In this document: positions 1-9,656 of the stretch, one piece after another
Numbering within the stretch: position 1 is the first letter of the stretch
Layout: each line of letters opens with the position of its first letter
The notes under the pieces: model-generated
Seen by the model: only the letters and a program-made list of their open reading frames with translations
Told to the model about the DNA's origin: nothing
Database searches by the model: none
From: an uncultured Fibrobacteraceae bacterium
GTDB taxonomy: Bacteria > Krumholzibacteriota > Krumholzibacteriia > LZORAL124-64-63
Reading direction: 5' to 3'
Length of the DNA stretch: 64,000 bases
Assembly (NCBI GenBank): GCA_964524645.1
Contig: CAZGEC010000001.1
Coordinates: 179,994-243,993, forward strand
Program-made: the position numbers and the translations under genes

Positions 1-94
1 TCTGTACCCCGGCCAGCTCGCCCAGCTCGCGCTCGATGGTCCGGCCGCAGTGGGCGCAGCTGATGGTCGGTATGACGACCTTGCGGGTTTCCAT
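1..94 (-). CDS. Heavy-metal-associated (HMA/CopZ-like) domain protein, N-terminal fragment running off the window start
   Basis: Reverse-strand ATG at 92-94 is preceded by GAGGAGGA. Translation is METRKVVIPTISCAHCGRTIERELGELAGVQ, an MxCxxC-type metal-binding motif. Only ~31 aa are visible. Confidence 0.4.
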   Translation of the reverse strand, partial: METRKVVIPTISCAHCGRTIERELGELAGVQ

Positions 95-273
95 GCCTGC
101 ATCCTCCTCGACAGGGCTCACTGCCATGATACGCGGACCGCATCCGATCGCCAGGGCGGCCGGGCCGGCGACCGCGGATTCGTCTATCTTGTCGGCGCTG
201 GCATCCGTCGGAGCGGCGCGTCATGTCCCACGCCGTGGAGATGCCGGCCGCAAACTCGCTCTGGAGGTAGGCC

Positions 274-477
274 ATGGGCAAGAACATGGGATCCGCAGAC
301 CGCATCATCAGGATCCTGCTGGCGCTCGTCGTGGGCGTGCTCGTCCTGACCCATCAGCTGACCGGGGTCGCCGCCATCGTGCTCGGCGTGCTGGCCGTGA
401 TCTTCCTGCTGACCAGCTTCGTGGGCTTCTGCCCGGCCTACAAGCCCTTCGGCATCTCGACCTGCAGAAAGGCCTAG
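274..477 (+). CDS. DUF2892 (YgaP-like) small inner-membrane protein
   Basis: 67 aa, two hydrophobic helices (ILLALVVGVLVL...IVLGVLAVIFLL) and a C-terminal FCPAYKPFG motif typical of DUF2892. RBS GGAGGTAGGCC lies upstream of the ATG. Confidence 0.6.
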   Translation: MGKNMGSADRIIRILLALVVGVLVLTHQLTGVAAIVLGVLAVIFLLTSFVGFCPAYKPFGISTCRKA

Positions 478-483
478 GCCGGC

Positions 484-966
484 TCAGGTCGCGCGCTTCT
501 GCTCGAAGAAGGACTGCAGCAGGCGGGTGCAATCGGCGGCGGAGACGCCGCCGATCACCTCGATGCGCTGGCGGTAGGGGTTGCCCTGAAAAAGGCGCGC
601 GGTGCTGACCACGGCACCGGCGCGCTGATCGCTGGCGCCGTACACGACGCTGCCGACGCGGGCCAGCAGGATGGCACCACAGCACATCGTGCAGGGCTCG
701 AGCGTGACGTAGAGGGTCGCGTCATCGAGACGCCAGTCGTCGATCGCGGAGGCGGCGGCGCCGAGGGCCAGGATCTCCGCGTGCGCGGTCGGATCCCGCA
801 GGGACTCGACCTGGTTGTGTCCCCGGCCCAGCAGTGCCCCGTCGCGCACGATCACCGCGCCCACCGGGACCTCGCCCGCGCCGGCGGCGAGTTCGGCTTC
901 CTTCAGGGCCTCGGCCATCCAGCGCTCGTGCGTGCGGAAGGAGGCCAGCAGCCGCTCGCTGCTCAC
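484..966 (-). CDS. tadA: tRNA adenosine(34) deaminase
   Basis: 160 aa with CDA-fold motifs HAE(I) and PCxMC (TLEPCTMCCGAI), typical of TadA. Confidence 0.9.
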   Translation of the reverse strand: MSSERLLASFRTHERWMAEALKEAELAAGAGEVPVGAVIVRDGALLGRGHNQVESLRDPTAHAEILALGAAASAIDDWRLDDATLYVTLEPCTMCCGAILLARVGSVVYGASDQRAGAVVSTARLFQGNPYRQRIEVIGGVSAADCTRLLQSFFEQKRAT

Positions 967-3200
967 TTGGCCTCGCCTTCCTCGGCGGCGACGTTGCCCA
1001 GCCGGTCGGCGACCTCCACGCGCACCCGCCAGGGCTCGGGTGGTTCCGGTTCGCCCGCGGGCGGGAAGGGAATCTGCCGGTCGAAGCTCTCCTGGCGGCT
1101 GTCGCAGATGCCGTCCACCGGATCCAGCCTCTCCTGCGTCCCGTCGGGCAGCTCGAGCCTGGCCTCGCTCAGCGGGCTGCTGGCGTCGCGCGCCTCGAAG
1201 CTCAGCCGCAGGCCGGTGGGGATGCGGACCACCTGGAACTTGCGAATCTCGGGCGGCGTCGAGTCCACCTGCAGTGGCTCGCTGAGCTCCGAGGTGCAGA
1301 GGGCCTCGCCGAGCGGATTGTCCGGAGCATCGCTGGCCGTCAGGCGCACCACGTAGAGCCCGTCGGGCACGGTGGCCGTGTCCCAGGTCTGCACCGTTTC
1401 CTGCGTTTTCTCGCCGACCGGACGCCAGGTCTGCTCGTCCAGCCGCTGGTAGGCGAGCTGGTAGTCCAGCCGGTCCCCGTTGGGATCGTCGGCGCGCCAG
1501 AGGAAGGTGCGCAGAGGCCGGGCCGGCGCGGCCTCAAACAGGCCGGCCTTGCGCTGCTGCCGGCTGCTCATGCTGTATTCCACGCGCAGCCCGCTGGGGA
1601 ACGTCTCCGTGATGTTGTCGTCATGGCTCATCAGGCCGCCCTGGGACATCGGGCCCTCGGGCTGCAGCTCGAAGCGCAGGATGCGCGGCGGCAGGTTGGG
1701 TGAAAAGCCGCTCACGGTGACGCTGGAAACGGCCGTCAGGCTGCGGTCGCCCATGAACGCGAGCCGCCACTGCAGGAAACGCGACGGCGGCAGATCCAGG
1801 GCGTGGTCGGTCTCGGTCCAGGCGTCGCTCCAGTCGCTCCAGGTGTCGTCCGGCACCTCCCGCGCGCCGCCGCGCACCGAGATGCGCACCCTCCCCTCGC
1901 TGCCCGGCGCCCCCTCCCAGCGCAGGCGACCCCAGCGCACGGGCTGGTTGCCGTCGATGGGCGGGGAGATCGCCAGCGACTCCGCGGCCGGCGCATCCAC
2001 CAGACGAACCACGCGACCGGGATGAGCCAGGCAGGCGACGACCGCCTCCCGTCCCTTCGCGCCGCGCTCGACCAGCAGGTCCAGCACGTCGCCCGCCTCC
2101 CAGGTGGCCAGCGTGCGACCGGTCGTACCTCCCTCCAGGGTCAGCAGCGCCGCCTGGCTTCGCTTGCGATCGACGACGCCGGCGCCGAGCCAGCCCCAGG
2201 TCTTGCTCCAGGCCACGGCCAGCAAGGTGTACGGGCTGCGCCAGGCCTCGGTGGTGAGGCCGTCGCGGCCGATGCGGTAGAGCGCCGTGGCGGCCGGGGC
2301 CTTCTCCTTGCCCTTGCCCTCGCCGCTCCGGTTGTCGCCGGGCACGGTGGCCAGCGGGATGCCCTCCACCATCTGCGCCTGGGCGTCGTCCTCGTCGCTC
2401 CCGCCGCCGTTGCCCGCCTGCCGCGAGATGGCCAGCGCGTACCAGACGTTCTCCGGACCCGCCGCCAGCTCGCGGACCTCTTCCTGCGCCGTCTCGTAGA
2501 TCAGACGCGGCTTGTCCGGCTCGCGTGGATCGAGACGGTAGATCAACCCCGGACCCTGGGTGCAGACGAGCAGCGTACCATCGCTGTCGACGGCCACGCT
2601 CAGGGCGTTGGCCGCGGGCATCACCGCCAGACGGGTGACGTCCTGCCGTCCGCCCACCCGGTAGACCGCGGCGGGCGAGCCCACCGCCAGGTACAGGGCT
2701 CCCTGTCCCGCAGCCGCCAGGTCCCAGATGTAGCCCTCGGGCAGGTCCGCCCAGATCTCGGCCTGGCCCTTGTCGTCCAGGCGATAGAGGAGCCCGTCCG
2801 GGCCGCCGCCCGCGAACAGCTCGCCCTGGCGATGCAGGACCGCGAAGATCTCCGGCTCGGGCACGGTGGCGAACACCTGCCCCCGGCCCTCGGCATCCAG
2901 GTGCCAGATCTGTCCGTCATGACCGCTCCCCAGGTAGAGGCCGCCCTTGCCGTCGGCCGCGGCCTTCCAGATGATCTCGGGTCCGTTCTCCAGCAGCATC
3001 GTCGAGGCCAGCCCCGGGCTCAGCCGCCCGTAGCGGTCGAGCGCCGCGCCCCTGAGGTCGAACTCCTGGAACGCGACCCCCTCCGGGTAATCCCAGTAGA
3101 CCGGCCCCGCCGCTCTGGCCGGACCGACCAGGACGACCGCCAGCAGACCGAGGACCGGCCACAGCCGTCCCCACTTCCTCAGGCTCGCCAATCGCATCAT
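963..3200 (-). CDS. Secreted beta-propeller protein with C-terminal Ig/FN3-like region (hypothetical)
   Basis: Long ORF 963..3332. The preferred start is the MM codons at 3200, giving a signal peptide MMRLASLRKWGRLWPVLGLLAVVLVGPARAAGP. That start overlaps the upstream gene's stop (ATGA). Repeated 'G..LY..' / 'DG..W' blade-like segments are present. The stop overlaps the tadA start by 4 nt. Confidence 0.6.
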   Translation of the reverse strand: MMRLASLRKWGRLWPVLGLLAVVLVGPARAAGPVYWDYPEGVAFQEFDLRGAALDRYGRLSPGLASTMLLENGPEIIWKAAADGKGGLYLGSGHDGQIWHLDAEGRGQVFATVPEPEIFAVLHRQGELFAGGGPDGLLYRLDDKGQAEIWADLPEGYIWDLAAAGQGALYLAVGSPAAVYRVGGRQDVTRLAVMPAANALSVAVDSDGTLLVCTQGPGLIYRLDPREPDKPRLIYETAQEEVRELAAGPENVWYALAISRQAGNGGGSDEDDAQAQMVEGIPLATVPGDNRSGEGKGKEKAPAATALYRIGRDGLTTEAWRSPYTLLAVAWSKTWGWLGAGVVDRKRSQAALLTLEGGTTGRTLATWEAGDVLDLLVERGAKGREAVVACLAHPGRVVRLVDAPAAESLAISPPIDGNQPVRWGRLRWEGAPGSEGRVRISVRGGAREVPDDTWSDWSDAWTETDHALDLPPSRFLQWRLAFMGDRSLTAVSSVTVSGFSPNLPPRILRFELQPEGPMSQGGLMSHDDNITETFPSGLRVEYSMSSRQQRKAGLFEAAPARPLRTFLWRADDPNGDRLDYQLAYQRLDEQTWRPVGEKTQETVQTWDTATVPDGLYVVRLTASDAPDNPLGEALCTSELSEPLQVDSTPPEIRKFQVVRIPTGLRLSFEARDASSPLSEARLELPDGTQERLDPVDGICDSRQESFDRQIPFPPAGEPEPPEPWRVRVEVADRLGNVAAEEGEAK

Positions 3201-5104
3201 GGGCGCGTCTCCTTGCGGCTGGGCTCCATGGGCTTCTGGATGATGAGATCGCGCACCACGTGGCCCTGGAGCACCAGCTCCGTGGGGATGCGCTCGCTCA
3301 GGACGATGCCGGCGGCCGTCGGCTCCACGCAACCGCTGCCGTCCCGGCGCAGCAGGGCGTCGACGCTGCCCGGCAGATCCGGGAGCTCGAGCCCGTTCAC
3401 CAGGACTCCCCGGGAGCGGGAGATCAGCGCGAGCACCAGGGTGGCCGCGTCGCGCGGCGCACGGATGAGATCCAGCGTGGCGGCCAGGCTGCGGTCCTGG
3501 AAGCGGGCGGCGGCACGCTCGGCCTCCAGGGCGAACATGTCCCGCCCGTTGGCCACCACCAGGCGGTACAGGCCGGGCGGCAGGTAGTCGGGCAGGGCCA
3601 GCTCGCGCGTCACGGTGCGCGCCGGGGCCCGGCGCGGCTGCAGCGTCACCTCCACGTTCAGGCTCTGCCCGGCACGAGCGGCCTCCGGCGCGCTCGCCGC
3701 GGCCACGACCGCGGTCTCCATGCTCCGTTGCACCGACAGGACGGCCTCGACCGACTCCAGCGCCAGCGGCTCGTGGCGGTTGGTCATCAGGATCTGCAGC
3801 GGCGCCATCAGATCCGGCGCCAGGCTCATGGCGCTGCCCGGACCCGCCACCGCGCCGTTCAGATCCACCGGGGCCAGCTGCTCGCCGCCCGGACCGCGCC
3901 AGTGCGTCCGCAGCCGGTAGCGGATGCTCTGCAGGCTCAGGTCGTCGCCCCGCACCAGCAGGGCGTTGTAGAGAGCCCAGAAGGAGAGCGCCGGGGTCAG
4001 GCGCGGATCACTGATGAGCTCGAAGCTGTAGTCATCGGTTCCCTCCGGGCGCTCCAGCTTGACGTGCAGGGGCGTCAGCTCGGGGCCCGCGCCGAGACGC
4101 CCGGAGAGGCCGGCGCGCAGATCGTGGTACACGCTCCCCACCACCGGGCCCATGGTCCCCAGCTTGAAGGAGATCTGGCGGCTGGGAAAGACCCCGAAGA
4201 TCTCGGCCCCGGCCAGGGGCAGGCTCACCGCTCCCTGCTGCATGAACGGGTGCCCCATCAGGTAGACCTGGTCGCCATCCACCCAGGTGGCGGTGCCGAT
4301 GGCGCCCATCTGGGCGTCGCCCAGCACCAGGGGGACGGCGCAGGCGGAGCCGGGCACCAGGGTCGACGGAGCCGCTCCCGAGCTCGCGGCCGCGCCGGCG
4401 GCGGCCCCGGCGAATCCTCCCAGCGGCGAGTAGACCAGGCCCGTCGGCAACAGCTGCCAGCCCGTGCCGTTCTCGCGGCCCCCGGTGACCGCCTGCAGCA
4501 GCGCGGCCCCCAGCTCGGCCGGCTCGGGCCACGCGCTCGTCAGGCCCCAGGCCGGATGCGCGTCGCGGCCCATGGCGGGGGCACTGCCCGGCAGGCCGAG
4601 AACGTCACCGACCAGCTCCAGGCCCCGACCCTCGGGATCCAGCAAGGTGCGTGGATCGGCTGGGAGACCGCCGGCTGCGAGTTCGGTGGCGGCCGCGGCG
4701 GGGGTGGTGGCCGGCAGGTCCAGGATCTCCTCCGCGGGTGTCAATCCCGCGATGGGGCTGAGAGCCCCCGCCCAGCCGAAGGCCACGGCCCCGGCCAGCT
4801 TGCCCTCCAGGAACACCGGACTGCCGCTCATCCCCTGCGGAATGGCCGTGACCTCGAGGCCGAGGCCGGAGAGCTCCACGAGAATGATGCTGCCGGCCGG
4901 CCTCACCTTCTGCTGCACCCCCAGCACGCGGACGGCGAAGGTGTCGACCCGGGTGCCGTGCAGGACGGTCAGACCGTATCCCTGCATGCCCGGGTGGATG
5001 TCCGACACGGGAAGGTAGGCGCGCTCGGCGGACGGGGCGGCGCCGGCGGCCGCCGCGATCAGCAGGATCAGGGCGCCCGCGCAGAGAGACAGGCGGAGGA
5101 TCAT
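3197..5104 (-). CDS. SpoIVB-like (peptidase S55) serine peptidase domain protein, secreted
   Basis: ORF 3197..5299. The likely start is M66 (MILRLSLCAGALILLIAAAAGAAPS signal peptide). The GMSGSPVF motif resembles the catalytic-Ser motif of SpoIVB/S55 peptidases. There is a long low-complexity Ala/Gly-rich C-terminal part. Confidence 0.5.
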   Translation of the reverse strand: MILRLSLCAGALILLIAAAAGAAPSAERAYLPVSDIHPGMQGYGLTVLHGTRVDTFAVRVLGVQQKVRPAGSIILVELSGLGLEVTAIPQGMSGSPVFLEGKLAGAVAFGWAGALSPIAGLTPAEEILDLPATTPAAAATELAAGGLPADPRTLLDPEGRGLELVGDVLGLPGSAPAMGRDAHPAWGLTSAWPEPAELGAALLQAVTGGRENGTGWQLLPTGLVYSPLGGFAGAAAGAAASSGAAPSTLVPGSACAVPLVLGDAQMGAIGTATWVDGDQVYLMGHPFMQQGAVSLPLAGAEIFGVFPSRQISFKLGTMGPVVGSVYHDLRAGLSGRLGAGPELTPLHVKLERPEGTDDYSFELISDPRLTPALSFWALYNALLVRGDDLSLQSIRYRLRTHWRGPGGEQLAPVDLNGAVAGPGSAMSLAPDLMAPLQILMTNRHEPLALESVEAVLSVQRSMETAVVAAASAPEAARAGQSLNVEVTLQPRRAPARTVTRELALPDYLPPGLYRLVVANGRDMFALEAERAAARFQDRSLAATLDLIRAPRDAATLVLALISRSRGVLVNGLELPDLPGSVDALLRRDGSGCVEPTAAGIVLSERIPTELVLQGHVVRDLIIQKPMEPSRKETRP

Positions 5105-5325
5105 GGAGCTCCGATCTGTGGCAAGAGCCGGGCAGCCGGCAAAATTTGCCGCTTTCCCAGCGGGATGGTAACGACGGAGCGCAGAGCCGGCAAGCCATGC
5201 GCCCGCACCGCAATTCCAGCAACATCCAGCAGCAAGTTCGGTTCCCGCGGGCCCCGCTTCCCCCTGCGGCTGCCCCGGGGCACAAGCGTGGGGGCCCACT
5301 CGCCGAGCGGGCCCCCTATGGAGAT

Positions 5326-5402
5326 TGGTACGCCCAGGAGGATTCGAACCCCCAACCTTCTGGTCCGTAGCCAGACGCTCTATCCAGTTGAGCTATGGGC
5401 GC
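5326..5402 (-). tRNA. tRNA-Arg (anticodon ACG)
   Basis: Reverse-strand sequence is GCGCCCATAGCTCAACTGGATAGAGCGTCTGGCTACGGACCAGAAGGTTGGGGGTTCGAATCCTCCTGGGCGTACCA. It folds as a cloverleaf with TPsiC GGTTCGAATCC, anticodon loop CTACGGA and an encoded CCA. Confidence 0.85.
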
Positions 5403-5417
5403 CCCCAACGGCTTGGC

Positions 5418-5507
<90 letters not shown>

Positions 5508-5520
5508 GACGTGTGCTCTC

Positions 5521-5607
5521 GTGGCGGAGGGCGGGGGACTCGAACCCCCAAGGGTTTTCACCCGGCGGTTTTCAAGACCGCTGCCTTACCAGTTAGGACT
5601 AGCCCTC
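5521..5607 (-). tRNA. tRNA-Ser (anticodon TGA)
   Basis: Reverse-strand sequence is GGAGGGCTAGTCCTAACTGGTAAGGCAGCGGTCTTGAAAACCGCCGGGTGAAAACCCTTGGGGGTTCGAGTCCCCCGCCCTCCGCCA. It has a long variable arm, anticodon loop CTTGAAA and an encoded CCA. Confidence 0.8.
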
Positions 5608-5708
5608 CGTCCGGATCGGCGCGTCCGCAAGGCCTTGGGCTCTCCGCACATCGGCCTGGCGGCAGGCCGCCGCCACCGGCGGGAGCCGGAGGCGGAATCG
5701 GCACGGTA

Positions 5709-8435
5709 CTATTTGCGCTTGATATTGTCAAGCAGCCCCTTGACGCCCTTCTTGAGCGCATCCTGCACCTTGTCCCCCGCCTGTTCCTCGACCCGGGCCT
5801 TGGCCTCGCTCAGGTCGAGCTGGACCTTGGGCTGGGTGGCCCGCCCGGTCAGATGCAGGGCGAGCTCGATGCGCCCATCCTCCCCCCGCAAAGCCTGGGC
5901 CAGGAACGTCATGTTCCCCAGGTCGGGCTGGAAGCCGGCCGGCAGCTTGACCCGCAGGGCCAGGTCGATGCTGCCGTCGAAGCCGAGCCAGCCGTCCCCC
6001 GTCCAGTCGGTGTCCGGCCCCTGCAGCTTGAGATCCTCCACGTGATAGCGACCGTCCCGCACCGCGAAGTGCTGCAGAAAGCTCCGGAACTTGATGGTCT
6101 TCAGGTCCTGACGGGTCCCCAGGTACGGGCTGATGTCCGCCAGGAGCTTGTCCGCCTGGATCTTCCCGTTCGTCGACAGCGCCTCGCCGTTCAGGGCCAG
6201 GGAATGCAGCACCACCGCCTTGTCCTGCATGTGACAGGAGCCGGCGGCATCCGCGGACACCGCACCCTCCCACAGTGGAGCCACGCTGGATACGTACGGC
6301 TGGAGGAGGGCCGAGGCCGGCACGTCCTGAGCTTTGGCCTGGAAGCTGAGCAGCCCGTAGGGATCCTGGACGTAGTCGATCTTGCCCTTCCCGCTGATCT
6401 GGCCGGTGCCGCGCCTGGCGGTGACCTCATCGAAGGCCAGGACCTTGCCGGCCAGCTGACCCTTCAGGTGCACGTCGTCGTAGCGCGCCTTCTGCATCGT
6501 CACCTGCCGGGCCCGCGCCTCGTAGACGACCTCCAGCTTCTCGGGGATCTTCTGTCCCGGGGGTACGGCCGGCGCCCGGGCCGGGGCCGCCGCCCAGGCG
6601 GCGCCCACGAAGGCCGCGAGCAGGCGATCGGGCAGGCGCGGAGGTGCCAGTGCGGCGGTCTTTTCCGGCGGCGTGAAGGTGGCAACCAGCTTGTCCACGT
6701 CCAGCCGCTGCACCTGCAGATCCAGCACGACCCGCGGCTGCGGGAACAGCCGGGGCAGGCGGACCGTGGCGTCGCCGGCGACCACCGCGTGCTCCAGGCC
6801 GCGGCAGCTCAGCGTGGCGGTGGCGAGATCGCTGGCGAAGGTCACGGTGCCCAGGTTCCAGGGAGCGCCGGGCACCTCGCCGGAGAGCACCACCTGCGTG
6901 GCCTCGCCCTTCAGGCTGACGCCCGGCAGGCGGCCGGCCTCGAGCCGCTGCTGCCAGACCTCCCGCGCCGTCAGGGGCGGCGGTTCCTTCACGTCCGCTT
7001 GCAGCGCGAAGCTGAGCCGACCGCTGGCCCGTGGCAGGGGCGCGGCCCCCGCGGCCGGCGGTGGCGAGAAGGCCAGAGCCAGGGTCTGCAACGAGGCGAG
7101 ATCACCTTGCCCCGTGAGGTTGGCCTGCAGCGGTCCGGTCACGCCGGGCAGCGGCATGCTCAGGGCGCCCTGGGCCTGCAACGCCCCCCCGCTGGCGCCC
7201 AGGTTCAGCTCGCTCACCCGGACCGTTCCCCGGTCGAGAGCCACGGCCGCCGCCAGCGTCAGTTCGCCCTGCTTCCCGGGCAGGGCCAGCCGCCCGTCGC
7301 TCACGCGGCCATCCAGACCCAGCCCGGCCAGCAGCGCCTGTGGCGGCGTCCCGGACGGCAGCGGCCAGGGCAAGGCGATGCGGCCCGCCAGCACCAGGCG
7401 ACCGCCGCGCAGCGGCTGCTCGTTCAGCCAGGCTTCGACCTGGCCGGAAGGCGGGGGCCCCAGCGTGAGCAGGTCGGGGACGATTTCGGCCAGGGCGACC
7501 GGGGTGAGCTGCCAGCTCCCCTGCAGCTGCGAGGCACCGCCGGCCGCGGAACCCAGCTGCAGGTCGGCGTTCAGCTCCAGGTGCTTCCAGGTCAGGGACC
7601 GCACCGCCAGCGCCAGAGCGCTCCCGCCGGGAGGCGCCGAGAGGGCGCCGGACAGCTGCAGGTCCTGCAGGGTCAGCGGACGCGGACCGAAGCCTTGCAG
7701 GGCCAGCTCGCCGAGCCTGGTCTGCAGATCCAGACGCGGCGCCTGCCCCGCCCCGCTCCCGGCGGCCGCACCGGCCCCGGCCCCCGACTGGAAGGCCGTC
7801 AGCCGCTGCAGCAGGCCATTCAGGTCATCGATGTGGACCTCCTGCTGCCAGCCCGCGAGGACGACCTGCTTCGAACTGCCCGCCTCGCGCCAGGTCAGGC
7901 TCCCGTCGCGGACCTCGAGACCGGCCACGGCCAGCTGCCAGGGCATGGCCACGGGCGCCGGTCCAGCCGCGGAATCGGCTTCGCCGCCCGCGAGGGGGGC
8001 GGATCCGGACGCGGCGGCCACGGGGGCCGGCGTCGGTCGGGTCACCACCTGGATCTGCGGGCGGACCAGGCGGATCGCACCCGTCTCGAGCCGCTTCTTC
8101 AGCAGGGGCCAGAGGGCCACGTCCACCTCGAGCCGGTCCAGACCGACATCGTAGGATTCCAGGCTGCTGGCGACGCCGGCGGCGCGCTGCAGGGCTTCGC
8201 CGGTGCCCTGGACGCGACCATCGCCGATGACCACGCGCAGCCGCGGGAAGAGCGCGACCGAGGCCTCTCCGAGCGTCACCTTGGCGCCGGTGGCCGCCGC
8301 GATGCGCTGGGCCACCAGTTCCCGGAGCCGATCCGCGGGGACCAGGCGCGGCACCAGGAGCACCGCCAGGATCACGAGCGCCACCAGGCCGCTCAACACC
8401 CGCACGCTCCGACGACGCATCAGCTTCGCGGCCAT
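5709..8435 (-). CDS. AsmA-family outer-membrane assembly protein
   Basis: ORF 5709..8711. Start chosen at MAAKLMRRRSVRVLSGLVALVILAVLLV (N-terminal TM anchor) with GGAGG 4-8 nt upstream. The protein is 900+ aa, Gly/Ala/Leu-rich and repetitive, with an AsmA-like C-terminal region. Confidence 0.7.
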   Translation of the reverse strand: MAAKLMRRRSVRVLSGLVALVILAVLLVPRLVPADRLRELVAQRIAAATGAKVTLGEASVALFPRLRVVIGDGRVQGTGEALQRAAGVASSLESYDVGLDRLEVDVALWPLLKKRLETGAIRLVRPQIQVVTRPTPAPVAAASGSAPLAGGEADSAAGPAPVAMPWQLAVAGLEVRDGSLTWREAGSSKQVVLAGWQQEVHIDDLNGLLQRLTAFQSGAGAGAAAGSGAGQAPRLDLQTRLGELALQGFGPRPLTLQDLQLSGALSAPPGGSALALAVRSLTWKHLELNADLQLGSAAGGASQLQGSWQLTPVALAEIVPDLLTLGPPPSGQVEAWLNEQPLRGGRLVLAGRIALPWPLPSGTPPQALLAGLGLDGRVSDGRLALPGKQGELTLAAAVALDRGTVRVSELNLGASGGALQAQGALSMPLPGVTGPLQANLTGQGDLASLQTLALAFSPPPAAGAAPLPRASGRLSFALQADVKEPPPLTAREVWQQRLEAGRLPGVSLKGEATQVVLSGEVPGAPWNLGTVTFASDLATATLSCRGLEHAVVAGDATVRLPRLFPQPRVVLDLQVQRLDVDKLVATFTPPEKTAALAPPRLPDRLLAAFVGAAWAAAPARAPAVPPGQKIPEKLEVVYEARARQVTMQKARYDDVHLKGQLAGKVLAFDEVTARRGTGQISGKGKIDYVQDPYGLLSFQAKAQDVPASALLQPYVSSVAPLWEGAVSADAAGSCHMQDKAVVLHSLALNGEALSTNGKIQADKLLADISPYLGTRQDLKTIKFRSFLQHFAVRDGRYHVEDLKLQGPDTDWTGDGWLGFDGSIDLALRVKLPAGFQPDLGNMTFLAQALRGEDGRIELALHLTGRATQPKVQLDLSEAKARVEEQAGDKVQDALKKGVKGLLDNIKRK

Positions 8436-8463
8436 GCTCGAACCTCCTGCCAGAACAGCCGCC

Positions 8464-9603
8464 TCACGCGGCGGTCTCGACGATGCGGGCCCCTCCGAGC
8501 ACCAGGTCGTCCCGGTAGAGCACCAGCGACTGGCCCGGAGCCACCCCGCTGGCCGGCCGGGCCAGCACCACGGACAGATCGCCATCCTGCCGGGACCAGG
8601 CCGCCACCGGTGTCCCGGCGTGCCGGTAACGGATGCGGGCCAGCCATGGACCTTCAACACCGATCGGCGGCCCGGTGCCCGGGAAATCCGCCACCGCCGC
8701 GGTGAAATCATCGCAGATCACCCGGCGCACGGCCAGCTCCCGCCGGGGTCCGACCACCAGGCGGTTGCGCTTCCGGTCGAGAGCGAGGACGTAGCGCGGC
8801 TCCGGCGCGGCGATCCCCAGGCCCCGGCGCTGGCCGACCGTGTAGTGGATCAGCCCGGCATGCTCGCCCAGGACCCTGCCCTCCCGATCCACGATCTCCC
8901 CCGGCCCGCCCCCGGCTTCCGCGGCGAAGAGAAAGGAGCGGTCACCTCCGGGCACGAAGCAGATCTCCTGGCTCTCCCGCCTCTCGGCCGTGGGCAGTTC
9001 CAGGGCGCGGGCGGCCTCGCGCACCTGCGCCTTGCAGTACCAGCCGAGGGGGAACAGGACCCGCGGCAGCAGCTCGCGCCCAAGCCGATACAAAAAATAA
9101 GCCTGGTCCTTCTCCGGGTCGAGGCCGCGGCGCAGGCAGACCTCCCCGGCCAGGCTCTCCGTGCGGGCGTAATGACCCGTGGCCACCAGCTCCAGACCCA
9201 GCTGATCGGCTCGTTGCACGAGCGCGGGGAAACGCACGAGGGCGTTGCAGGACAGGCACGGGTTCGGGGTGTGCCCGGCCGCGTACTCGGCCACGAAGGG
9301 ATCGATCACACGGGTCCGGAACGTCGCCGAGACATCGGCCACCCAGTGCCGCACGCCGAAGCGATCGGCGACGCGGCGGGCCTCCGCGACGGCTTCCCGC
9401 GAGCAGCAGGACTTCCCAGCGGAGTCGCCCTCTTCGCCGTAGCAGAAGTTCTTGAAGGTGACCGCGTGGACCTCGCAGCCCAGGTGGTCCAGCAGGGCCA
9501 GCGCGACGCTGCTGTCGACCCCTCCGCTCAGGGCGATCAGCACGCCCGTGCCCGGGCGCGCCGCCTCCCGCAGGGGTGCCGGTATGGGCAAGGGGAACGG
9601 CAT
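8464..9603 (-). CDS. mnmA: tRNA-specific 2-thiouridylase
   Basis: Start M60 of the track ORF (GGAGGGAGG RBS). It has the PP-loop SGGVDSSV and conserved Cys residues (CLSCN...), with full-length similarity to MnmA/TrmU. Confidence 0.9.
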   Translation of the reverse strand: MPFPLPIPAPLREAARPGTGVLIALSGGVDSSVALALLDHLGCEVHAVTFKNFCYGEEGDSAGKSCCSREAVAEARRVADRFGVRHWVADVSATFRTRVIDPFVAEYAAGHTPNPCLSCNALVRFPALVQRADQLGLELVATGHYARTESLAGEVCLRRGLDPEKDQAYFLYRLGRELLPRVLFPLGWYCKAQVREAARALELPTAERRESQEICFVPGGDRSFLFAAEAGGGPGEIVDREGRVLGEHAGLIHYTVGQRRGLGIAAPEPRYVLALDRKRNRLVVGPRRELAVRRVICDDFTAAVADFPGTGPPIGVEGPWLARIRYRHAGTPVAAWSRQDGDLSVVLARPASGVAPGQSLVLYRDDLVLGGARIVETAA

Positions 9604-9656
9604 GGTCCTCCCTCCAGCCGGCCCGGAGGGCGCAGGGTGCGGCGGGACGACCGGGG

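Noticed and set aside
5521-5607. tRNA-Sec (selenocysteine) because of the long variable arm and a TGA/TCA-type anticodon loop
   Set aside because: Read 5'-3' the anticodon is TGA (decodes UCA Ser), not TCA. Acceptor/T-arm lengths fit a class II tRNA-Ser (7/5), not the 8/5 or 9/4 Sec architecture.
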